NCBI GenBank assembly: GCA_040390235.1 | Contig: JAZJYT010000029.1 | Location: 1,473-65,472 of the forward strand | Reading direction: 5' to 3' | Origin: Pseudomonadota bacterium | GTDB taxonomy: Bacteria > Pseudomonadota > Gammaproteobacteria > Burkholderiales > Burkholderiaceae_C | DNA length: 64,000 nt | Shown: in pieces, positions 18,813 to 27,116 of the stretch | Numbering within the stretch: the stretch's first letter is position 1 | How the letters are laid out: each line of letters opens with the position of its first letter | Notes under the pieces: generated by a model | What the model saw: the letters and a program-made list of their open reading frames with translations, nothing else | Told to the model about the DNA's origin: nothing | Database searches by the model: none | Translations under genes and position numbers: made by a program

Positions 18813-19160
18813 ATGAAGAAAACTTTCCAGCTCAACATCGAAGGCAAAATCCGCGACCGCGTCGTGGAAGCGGTCAAGCACGACATCCGCAAGTACCTCA
18901 AGCGGGAGCGCCGGCGCGATGTGCCCGAAGGCGCCGACTTCTGGGACTTCGACTGCCGCTTCGGATTGACCGAGGCCCAGGCCGAATCCACCCACCTCGC
19001 CAACCTGATGGCACTGATCAGTGCGGCGGTGGCGGAGGGGGCCGACAGTTTCTATGTCGAAATCCTGGCACGGCCGGGCGTGCGCAAGGCGCGACCTGCG
19101 GGTGCTGCCGGTTCCGATGTCCTCGAAGGCGAGTTGGATGGGGATAGCGACGACGCTTGA
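18813..19160 (+). CDS. small conserved hypothetical protein (DUF6172-like by recollection)
   Basis: From ATG 18813: MKKTFQLNIEGKIRDRVVEAVKHDIRKYLKRERRRDVPEGADFWDFDCRFG.... It has host-like GC3 codon usage. The family assignment is from memory only. Confidence 0.55.
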   Translation: MKKTFQLNIEGKIRDRVVEAVKHDIRKYLKRERRRDVPEGADFWDFDCRFGLTEAQAESTHLANLMALISAAVAEGADSFYVEILARPGVRKARPAGAAGSDVLEGELDGDSDDA

Positions 19161-19178
19161 GAAGCCGAGGCAGTTGTA

Positions 19179-19290
19179 GCGCTTCGAGGGAGGCCGACGG
19201 GGTACTCGGGCAAGGGAATGTCCTTCCGTCGCCTGCGGCGCCTCCCTCCTTTATTTCCCAAGCCCGAGTACCCCGCCGACCTCTGGCGGG
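19179..19290. repeat. left copy of a ~112-bp MITE/REP-like unit bracketing the AT-rich islet
   Basis: It aligns end to end with the reverse complement of 20095-20211, sharing a 54-nt identical core caagggaatgtccttccgtcgcctgcggcgcctccctcctttatttcccaagcc. The unit has its own ~22-nt terminal inverted repeats: gaggccgacggggtactcgggc and gcccgagtaccccgccgacctc. Confidence 0.8.
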
Positions 19291-19433
19291 TAATTGAACT
19301 TCACGCTTCCTGCATTGGAAAATCGGGATTGCTTGCAAAATATCGTTGAATGTCGCAACAGCGGCATCCAGCCCCTTATAAGACATTTCAACTATTAATC
19401 AAGAGCTGACAGATTTGTAATCATGGGTGTTCT

Positions 19434-19766
19434 ATGAATTCACAAAATTCTTCAGTAGGTCAACTGGTTCGCCAACATCTTTCTAGCTCAGTGGCGGGTA
19501 AGATACTTATTGTGGGCGCGCTTCTTCAGGTTCCTATAGCTTTATTCATGGGCGTAAAGGCTTATGCCGCGTTTCCAGAAAATTCTTCGGAGACCTTGGG
19601 CGGACTTGCGTTTATGCACATAGGCACGATTGCCGCGTTGTTTTGCTGCTGGATCTATTACGGCAGATTTTTGGGGTTCAAGAGCAACCTATTGCAGAAT
19701 CTACTGCTAATTCTGGTGGCAGTCGCTCCTTTCTTTCCCACTTATGCTACGCTTTCTAACAACTGA
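19434..19766 (+). CDS. orphan small membrane protein (three predicted TM helices), compositionally foreign
   Basis: 110-aa ORF MNSQNSSVGQLVRQHL... with three hydrophobic segments: KILIVGALLQVPIALFMGV, LGGLAFMHIGTIAALFCCWIYY and LLQNLLLILVAVAPFFP. Third-codon positions are A/T-rich (aat tca caa aat tct tca gta ggt caa...), unlike every neighbouring gene. I recognise no family. Confidence 0.55.
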   Translation: MNSQNSSVGQLVRQHLSSSVAGKILIVGALLQVPIALFMGVKAYAAFPENSSETLGGLAFMHIGTIAALFCCWIYYGRFLGFKSNLLQNLLLILVAVAPFFPTYATLSNN

Positions 19767-19793
19767 GCTATGAGGCTGCGGCCGACTGGTTTC

Positions 19794-19950
19794 GGCCGAG
19801 GCTGTGTGAAAACGCATTCTGGTCGCCTGTTTTGGACGTTGGGAAAAAATGCGACCTCTCAGATCGCCCCACAACGCGCTATCGCGAGGTCGCCAAGGGG
19901 CAGGCACCTCTGAAAACATTGCGCTTCGACGTTTTCACACAGCCTCGGCC
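19794..19950. repeat. 157-bp element with perfect 21-bp inverted termini (stem-loop or MITE-like)
   Basis: ggccgaggctgtgtgaaaacg at 19794-19814 is the exact reverse complement of cgttttcacacagcctcggcc at 19930-19950. The 115-nt interior contains a further 8-bp inverted repeat (gcgacctc ... gaggtcgc). Confidence 0.75.
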
Positions 19951-20094
19951 CCAAAACACGCATTGCCTCGCCCAAGCATTAAAGTTATACGCTTCAAATT
20001 GCGGAGCCGCGCCATTGCTGGACCGAGCATAAGTCGGCGCGTCTAGCGACAATCTCCAGCCAATGCCCACGACGCAGAGGGCATGAAGCTCGAT

Positions 20095-20211
20095 CCCGCC
20101 ACCAGAGGTCAGCGGGGTACTCGGGGCTTGGGAAATAAAGGAGGGAGGCGCCGCAGGCGACGGAAGGACATTCCCTTGCCCCGAGTACCCCGCTGGCCTC
20201 CACCGAAGCGC
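20095..20211. repeat. right (inverted) copy of the ~112-bp MITE/REP-like unit
   Basis: Its reverse complement, gcgcttcggtggaggccagcggggtactcggggcaagggaatgtcc...cccgagtaccccgctgacctctggtggcggg, matches 19179-19290 apart from a few substitutions and 1-3-nt indels near both ends. Confidence 0.8.
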
Positions 20212-20236
20212 CACCCGGCTCGGCGGCCATATGACC

Positions 20237-21535
<1,299 letters not shown>

Positions 21536-21587
21536 GGATGGCGATGGGGGTGATCGAAAAGCCGAAAGGCCGCCGGCCGCCCGGTCT

Positions 21588-22352
21588 TCAGGCGCCGGCG
21601 CGGGGTGTCACCAGCACCGGCTTGTCGCGGTACCACTCGGGCAGCATGGCCTTGAGGTTGGCGATCTTCGGCAGGTCGAAGGTGGCGATGTAGCCCGATT
21701 CGGGGTGCAGCGTGGCGTAGTCCTGGTGGTAGGCCTCGGCCGGGTAGAAGGCCTTGAGCGGCGTGAGCTGGGTCACTATCGGGCCGTGGAAGGCGTGGGC
21801 GGCGTCGAGCTGGGCGATGTATTTCTCGGCCACCGTCTTCTGGCTGGGGTTGGCGTAGAACACGGCCGAGCGGTACTGGGTGCCGGTGTCGGGGCCCTGG
21901 CGGTTGAGCTGCGTGGGATCGTGCGCCACCGAGAAATAGATCTGCAGCAGCTTGCCGAAGCTGATCTGCTTGGGGTCGAAGGTGACCTGCACCGACTCGG
22001 CATGGCCGGTGCGGCCGCCGCTCACGGTGTCGTACTGCGCGGTGTTCTTGTCGCCGCCGGCGTAGCCCGAGACGGCGCCCAGCACCCCCTTGGTGTGCTG
22101 GAACACGCCCTGCACCCCCCAGAAGCAGCCGCCGGCGAAGACGGCGGTTTCCTGGCCGCTCACCACGTCCACCGGTGTGTCCACCGCGGGCGCGGGGAGT
22201 TTCACCGCCTCTTCGGCCGCCATGCTGGTGCCGCCGAAGAAGGCCCAGGCCGATACCGCCAGCACACCGGCGACCAGCAGGGACTTGTTGCCGGTGAGGC
22301 GGGGCGGGATGCCGGCAGGGCGGGCAGGTCGGGTGGGGCGCGGATCGGTCAT
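21588..22352 (-). CDS. msrA: peptide-methionine (S)-S-oxide reductase with N-terminal membrane anchor/signal
   Basis: 254 aa. The N-terminal hydrophobic segment is LLVAGVLAVSAWAFFGG. The catalytic motif is GGCFWGVQ, followed by GYAGG and ...HAESVQVTFDP.... The protein contains only one cysteine. Confidence 0.85.
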   Translation of the reverse strand: MTDPRPTRPARPAGIPPRLTGNKSLLVAGVLAVSAWAFFGGTSMAAEEAVKLPAPAVDTPVDVVSGQETAVFAGGCFWGVQGVFQHTKGVLGAVSGYAGGDKNTAQYDTVSGGRTGHAESVQVTFDPKQISFGKLLQIYFSVAHDPTQLNRQGPDTGTQYRSAVFYANPSQKTVAEKYIAQLDAAHAFHGPIVTQLTPLKAFYPAEAYHQDYATLHPESGYIATFDLPKIANLKAMLPEWYRDKPVLVTPRAGA

Positions 22353-22455
22353 GGGAGAGCTCCGGTAGTCGTCAAGGGCGATGCCTGGGCCGTATGAGCC
22401 CGCGGGCGGCCGGAAAGTTCAGCCACCTGCCGCCTGCGTGTTCGCGGTGCCCCGG

Positions 22456-23061
22456 TCAGTACGGCAGCACGAAGCCATTGCGCCCGGCGTTGATGCGCAG
22501 GGCGGTCGGTTTGCCGGCGATTTCCTGGGCAGTCAGCGACACACTGGCGCCCGGCACCAGCAGGCTGCGGTCGCCCGGCCGGAAGGTGACGATGGGGGCG
22601 CCGGGCGGGATGACGAGGGTCTTCTCGCCGTCCTTGTACCGGAGCTGTAGCCTGCGGCCATCGGGCGCGGCCACCACGTCGGCCACGGTGGCATTGGTCA
22701 TGGTGCTTTGCGGCTGCAGGTCGAAGGGCCGGTGGCCTTCGCCGTTGCCGCGGGCCGATTCGGGGAACACCGTCACCGCGATGGCGCGCTGGCTGCCGTC
22801 GGGCTGCGGCATGGCGGCGGTGCCGATGAAGCTGTTGGGCCTGATGTCGGCAAGGGCGATGGGGTAGACCTCGGAGATGGCCAGCTTGTCGCCCAGCGCC
22901 AGTTCCACCGTCTCGCCGCTGGTGCGGTCCTTGACGGTGACCGTCGTCGGCGTGGCGGCCTGCACCGTGCCACGCAAACGCACGGTAGGCGGTGCTGCCG
23001 TCTGCGCGTGGGCCAGGCCGGCGGCCAGGCACAGGGTGATAGCGCAAAGGTGTCGTTGCAT
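22456..23061 (-). CDS. exported hypothetical protein (two beta-rich modules)
   Basis: 201 aa with a signal peptide MQRHLCAITLCLAAGLAHAQ. The mature part has no cysteine. There are two similar segments: VRLRGTVQAATPTTVTVKDRTSGETVEL and ATVADVVAAPDGRRLQLRYKDGEKTLVIPPGAPIV. Codon usage is host-like. I recognise no family. Confidence 0.6.
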   Translation of the reverse strand: MQRHLCAITLCLAAGLAHAQTAAPPTVRLRGTVQAATPTTVTVKDRTSGETVELALGDKLAISEVYPIALADIRPNSFIGTAAMPQPDGSQRAIAVTVFPESARGNGEGHRPFDLQPQSTMTNATVADVVAAPDGRRLQLRYKDGEKTLVIPPGAPIVTFRPGDRSLLVPGASVSLTAQEIAGKPTALRINAGRNGFVLPY

Positions 23062-23307
23062 GGGTGTCTCCGGGAGTTGTTGCAGGGCTTGGATCGGCGC
23101 CTGGGCAGGATGCGCGGGCGGATGGTGCCATGCCTTTGCCCTGCGCGTAAGAGGAAGAGTCCATGGTTATGCGATTGGCGCATAACATTCCAGCCGTCGG
23201 GCATGGCCTGCCGCGCATAACCTGCCGCCATGCCGTGCATGACCGCTGGCGCAGCGGGGAGGGCAGGACTATCGTGCACCCATCCTCTCCACCACAAGGG
23301 TTTCACC

Positions 23308-24579
23308 ATGGGTTCCGAACTTTCCTACGTCCAGCCGACCGCCACCAGCCCCTGGGGCACCTACCTGTCGCAGATCGACCGTGTGGTGCCTTACCTGGGC
23401 CCGCTGGCGCGCTGGTCGGAAACGCTCAAGCGCCCGAAGCGGGCGCTGATCGTCGACGTGCCGATCGAGCTGGACGACGGTTCGGTCGCCCACTACGAGG
23501 GCTACCGGGTGCAGCACAACCTGTCGCGCGGCCCGGGCAAGGGCGGCGTGCGTTTCCACCCCGACGTGAACCTGGAGGAGGTGATGGCGCTGTCGGCCTG
23601 GATGACGATCAAGTGCGCCGCGGTGAGCCTGCCCTTCGGCGGCGCCAAGGGCGGTATCCGGGTCGACCCCAAGCAGCTCTCGCACAAGGAGCTGGAGCGC
23701 CTGACGCGCCGCTACACCAGCGAGATCGGCATCATCATCGGCCCGCAGCGCGACATCCCGGCGCCCGACGTGAACACCAATAGCGAAATCATGGCCTGGA
23801 TGATGGACACCTACTCCATCAACAGCGGTTCCACCCAGACCGGTGTGGTCACCGGCAAGCCGCTGCACCTGGGCGGTTCGCTGGGCCGGGTCAAGGCCAC
23901 CGGCCGGGGTGTGTTCGTCACCGGCCGCGAGGCGGCGCGGCGTATCGGGCTGGACCTGCGCGGTGCGCGGGTGGTGGTGCAGGGTTTCGGCAATGTGGGC
24001 TCGGTGGCGGCGGAACTGTTCGCCGAAGCCGGCGCGAAGATCGTCGCGGTGCAGGACCACACCGGCACCATCTTCAACGACAACGGCCTGGACATGGCCC
24101 GGCTGATGCCGCTGGCGGGGCGTGAAGGGGTGGCGGGTTTTCCAGGAGGCGACAAGATATCCAACGACGACTTCTGGAACGTGAAGACCGACATCCTGAT
24201 CCCGGCCGCACTGGAAGGCCAGGTCACCGCCGAGCGCGCGCGCCTGACCAGCGCCAAGCTGGTGCTGGAAGGCGCCAATGGCCCCACCACCACCGCGGCC
24301 GACGATGTGCTGGCCGAGCGCGGCGTCCTGGTGGTGCCCGACGTGATCTGCAATGCCGGCGGCGTGACGGTGAGCTACTTCGAGTGGGTGCAGGACTTCT
24401 CGTCCTTCTTCTGGACCGAGGACGAGATCAACGAACGCCTGGACAAGATCATGGTCAACGCCCTGAACCACATCTGGGACACCGCCGACCAGCACAAGAT
24501 CAGCCTGCGCACCGCCACCTTCGCGGTGGCCTGCGAGCGCATCCTCATGGCCCGGCAGGAGCGTGGCCTTTATCCTTGA
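23308..24579 (+). CDS. gdhA: Glu/Leu/Phe/Val-family glutamate dehydrogenase
   Basis: From ATG 23308: [20 protein letters not shown]...[21 protein letters not shown]...LPFGGAKGG (catalytic Lys region) ...VQGFGNVGS (Rossmann fold). Confidence 0.9.
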   Translation: MGSELSYVQPTATSPWGTYLSQIDRVVPYLGPLARWSETLKRPKRALIVDVPIELDDGSVAHYEGYRVQHNLSRGPGKGGVRFHPDVNLEEVMALSAWMTIKCAAVSLPFGGAKGGIRVDPKQLSHKELERLTRRYTSEIGIIIGPQRDIPAPDVNTNSEIMAWMMDTYSINSGSTQTGVVTGKPLHLGGSLGRVKATGRGVFVTGREAARRIGLDLRGARVVVQGFGNVGSVAAELFAEAGAKIVAVQDHTGTIFNDNGLDMARLMPLAGREGVAGFPGGDKISNDDFWNVKTDILIPAALEGQVTAERARLTSAKLVLEGANGPTTTAADDVLAERGVLVVPDVICNAGGVTVSYFEWVQDFSSFFWTEDEINERLDKIMVNALNHIWDTADQHKISLRTATFAVACERILMARQERGLYP

Positions 24580-24609
24580 GCCCCTTGTGACGACCTGCCC
24601 GGGCCTTTC

Positions 24610-25521
24610 TTGACCGTTTCCCGCGACGCCTCCACCCCTTCCCCCACCCACGGCACCGACTGGCGCGCGGTGGCGGCGCTCGTCGGCTCCATGGCCTCGC
24701 TGTGCACCGGGGCCTCCTTTGCCAAGCAGTTGTTCGTGCAGGTGGGGGCCGCCGGCACCACGCTGCTGCGGGTCGGTTTTGCCGCGCTGCTGCTGCTGGC
24801 CTTCTGGCGGCCCTGGCGGGTGCGCTGGCGGGCGGCGCAGGTCCGCGCCATCGTGCTGTTCGGCCTGGTGCTGGGCGGCATGAACCTGTGTTTCTACCTG
24901 TCGCTGCGCACCATCCCGCTGGGCGTGGCGGTGGCGCTGGAACTGTCGGGGCCGCTGGCCGTGGCGGTCGCCACCTCGCGCCGGCGGCGCGACCTGGTGT
25001 GGATCGGCTGCGCCGTGGCGGGCATCGCGCTGTTGCTGCCGCTGTCGCCCTTTGCCGCGCCGCTCGACCCGGCCGGTGTGGCCCTGGCGCTGGGGGCTGC
25101 CGCCTTCTGGGCCGCCTACATCCTGGTCGGCCAGCGCGCCGCCCGGGAACATCCGGGCCCGGCGCTGGCCTGGGCCATGTCGGTTGCCATGCTGCTGGCG
25201 CTGCCCTTCGGCACCGCCGCGGCCGGCACCAGCCTGCTGCAGCCGGCCATGCTGCTGTCGGGCCTGGCGCTTGCGGCGCTGTCGAGCGCGCTGCCCTATT
25301 CGCTGGAGATGTATGCCCTGCGCCGCCTGCCTGCACCCACCTTCGGTGTGCTACTGAGCCTGGAGCCGGTGATGGGCGCATTGGCCGGCCTGGTATTCCT
25401 GCACGAGCGCCTGCAGGCGGTGCAGTGGCTGGCCATTGCGTGTGTGATCGTGGCATCGGCCGGCATGGCCTGGGGCAACCGCAGTGCGGTGCCTCCGGCG
25501 GTGGGGCCCGAGCCGCCCTGA
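24610..25521 (+). CDS. EamA/DMT-family transporter (RhtA-like)
   Basis: 303-aa ten-helix-type membrane ORF with duplicated EamA halves. The start codon (TTG at 24610 in the track) is uncertain. Confidence 0.75.
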   Translation: MTVSRDASTPSPTHGTDWRAVAALVGSMASLCTGASFAKQLFVQVGAAGTTLLRVGFAALLLLAFWRPWRVRWRAAQVRAIVLFGLVLGGMNLCFYLSLRTIPLGVAVALELSGPLAVAVATSRRRRDLVWIGCAVAGIALLLPLSPFAAPLDPAGVALALGAAAFWAAYILVGQRAAREHPGPALAWAMSVAMLLALPFGTAAAGTSLLQPAMLLSGLALAALSSALPYSLEMYALRRLPAPTFGVLLSLEPVMGALAGLVFLHERLQAVQWLAIACVIVASAGMAWGNRSAVPPAVGPEPP

Positions 25522-25677
25522 GGGCGGCTTGAGAACCGGAGACGTTACCGGAGTGGTAACGTTTCGTTACTTTGTGGGTGGTTTTCGGTAACGTTGAGTG
25601 GGATCGAAAGGGGATAGAAAGCCGGGCGCCGGCCCGTACCCCTTGCAAGCCGATGTTCCCATCCCCAGCTTCGAGGC

Positions 25678-26013
25678 ATGAAAACCACCCATGCCCTTTC
25701 CCGTGAAACGGCGCTGCTCGCCGCCCTGCTGGAGCGCCTGGACCAGCGCGGCGGTGCCGATGCGGGTCAGTACCGCGACCTGGCCGCGCGCCTGGCCGTG
25801 GAGCTGACCGACGTGGCGCACGACGCCGCGCTGGATGCGCTGCTCGATACCTCGCCGGCCGCCGCGGCGATCTACGAAAACCTCAACTACCAGCACGCCG
25901 GACTGTGCCGCACACCGCTGGATGCGGCGCTGGGTGCCGAACTGCTGGCGCGCGACGCCATCGCCCGGGCCATGCGGCCCGCCGCCCAGGGCACCACACC
26001 CGGCGCGGCCTGA
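25678..26013 (+). CDS. conserved hypothetical protein (alanine/leucine-rich, helical)
   Basis: 111-aa ORF with host-like GC3 bias, 29 nt upstream of trxC on the same strand. I recognise no motif. Confidence 0.55.
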   Translation: MKTTHALSRETALLAALLERLDQRGGADAGQYRDLAARLAVELTDVAHDAALDALLDTSPAAAAIYENLNYQHAGLCRTPLDAALGAELLARDAIARAMRPAAQGTTPGAA

Positions 26014-26042
26014 GGCCGCCCGCGAACCCTGGAGGCGGCACC

Positions 26043-26477
26043 ATGACTGAACTCCAACACATCGTCTGCCCGCACTGCCACACCACCAACCGGGTGGCGG
26101 CGGAAGACCGCGCTCAGGCGGACTGCGGCAAGTGCCACCAGGCACTGTTCACCGGGCATCCGGCCGCGCTGGACGAGGCCAGCTTCGACCGCCACGTGGG
26201 CCGCAGCGACATTCCGGTGCTGGTCGACTTCTGGGCGCCCTGGTGCGGCCCGTGCCGGCAGATGGCGCCGGCCTATGAGCAGGCCGCCGGGCAGCTCGAG
26301 CCCGCGGTGCGGGTTGCCAAGGTGAATACGGAGGAGGCGCAGCAGCTCGGGGCGCGTTTCAACATCCGCAGCATTCCCACGCTGGCGCTGTTCCAGGGGG
26401 GCCGCGAGATCGCCCGGCAAGCCGGCGCCATGGGGGCCGCGGACATCGTGCGCTGGGCCCGCACGCACGGGGCCTGA
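26043..26477 (+). CDS. trxC: thioredoxin 2 (zinc-finger N-terminal extension)
   Basis: From ATG 26043: MTELQHIVCPHCHTTNRV...CGKCHQ (two CxxC zinc-binding pairs), then the active site WAPWCGPCRQMAP. Confidence 0.9.
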   Translation: MTELQHIVCPHCHTTNRVAAEDRAQADCGKCHQALFTGHPAALDEASFDRHVGRSDIPVLVDFWAPWCGPCRQMAPAYEQAAGQLEPAVRVAKVNTEEAQQLGARFNIRSIPTLALFQGGREIARQAGAMGAADIVRWARTHGA

Positions 26478-26505
26478 CCGGCCCGGGTTTCACCGGCCCG
26501 GGTTG

Positions 26506-26997
26506 TCAGCGTGGGCCGTGGGAGCCCGTCAACTGGCGGTACCAGCGGGTGAGGCGGCTGGTTTCGTGGATGGACCACGACTTGCGTACATGCTGCGGCA
26601 CCGTCCAGGTGGCGCGGGTGCCGGCATGGAAAAACGCGGTTTCTCCCGGGCCCAGGGAGAACTGCTTGCCCTGGTAGTCGACATGCACCAGGCCCTCATG
26701 GATGTAGACGGCTTCGTCCGACCCATAGGACCATTCGAAGCTCGAAGGGCCTTCGGCGCTCCATACACCCGAGGTGGTCTTGTTGTCCGGCGAGGTGGCG
26801 AAGGTGAGGGCTCGGAAGTTCGGCTGGCCGGACCGCACCGTGGCGGCCGCAGCGGGGTCGAAGGAGGTCAGGGGCAGGGACCTGGAGGCGGTCGATGCGA
26901 CCGGCATGCGGCCGACGTGCCAGGCGATCTCTACCAGGGCAACGGCGAGCAGGGTCACCACGCCACCCAGTGCGAATGCGATCACGGTTTTGTCCAC
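26506..26997 (-). CDS. membrane-anchored cupin-domain protein (DUF861/EutQ-like)
   Basis: 163 aa with an N-terminal TM segment (VIAFALGGVVTLLAVALV). The C-terminal cupin barrel reads ...SGVWSAEGPSSFEWSYGSDEAVYIHEGLVHVDYQGKQFSLGPGETAFFHAGTRATWTV. Confidence 0.65.
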   Translation of the reverse strand: MDKTVIAFALGGVVTLLAVALVEIAWHVGRMPVASTASRSLPLTSFDPAAAATVRSGQPNFRALTFATSPDNKTTSGVWSAEGPSSFEWSYGSDEAVYIHEGLVHVDYQGKQFSLGPGETAFFHAGTRATWTVPQHVRKSWSIHETSRLTRWYRQLTGSHGPR

Positions 26998-27116
26998 TGA
27001 CGGGGAATCCTCTGCGAAGTTGATGGTGTTTCGCTTCTTTACAAGCTAGAAACATACCAGATTCGCAAACACCCTTACCAAATACCGCTTGCAAGCGGCA
27101 GGTGCCTCCCGTTTTT

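Noticed and set aside
19315-19337. Sigma-54 promoter look-alikes: TGGaaaatcgggatTGCttgca here, cGGCccgtaccccTTGCa at 25631-25647, and (minus strand) GGCcttattTTGCc at 16415-16429.
   Set aside because: The GG-to-GC spacing is 12, 12 and 9 nt respectively, instead of the strict 10 nt. I therefore do not call any of them as a -24/-12 promoter.
19754-19992. A possible integron cassette: a small promoterless ORF followed by an attC-like palindrome.
   Set aside because: The expected RYYYAAC / GTTRRRY core pair is only approximated (TTCTAAC at 19754; GTTATAC at 19983) and the two are not complementary. There is no intI, no attI and no cassette array. The 21-bp perfect arms are unlike the bulged attC stems.
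20085-20104. A tRNA-3'-end-like string (agctcgatcccgccacca) that could mark an integration (att) site for the islet.
   Set aside because: No cloverleaf can be folded upstream. The cccgccacca part is simply the outer end of the right inverted-repeat unit, whose counterpart in the left copy is cctctggcggg.
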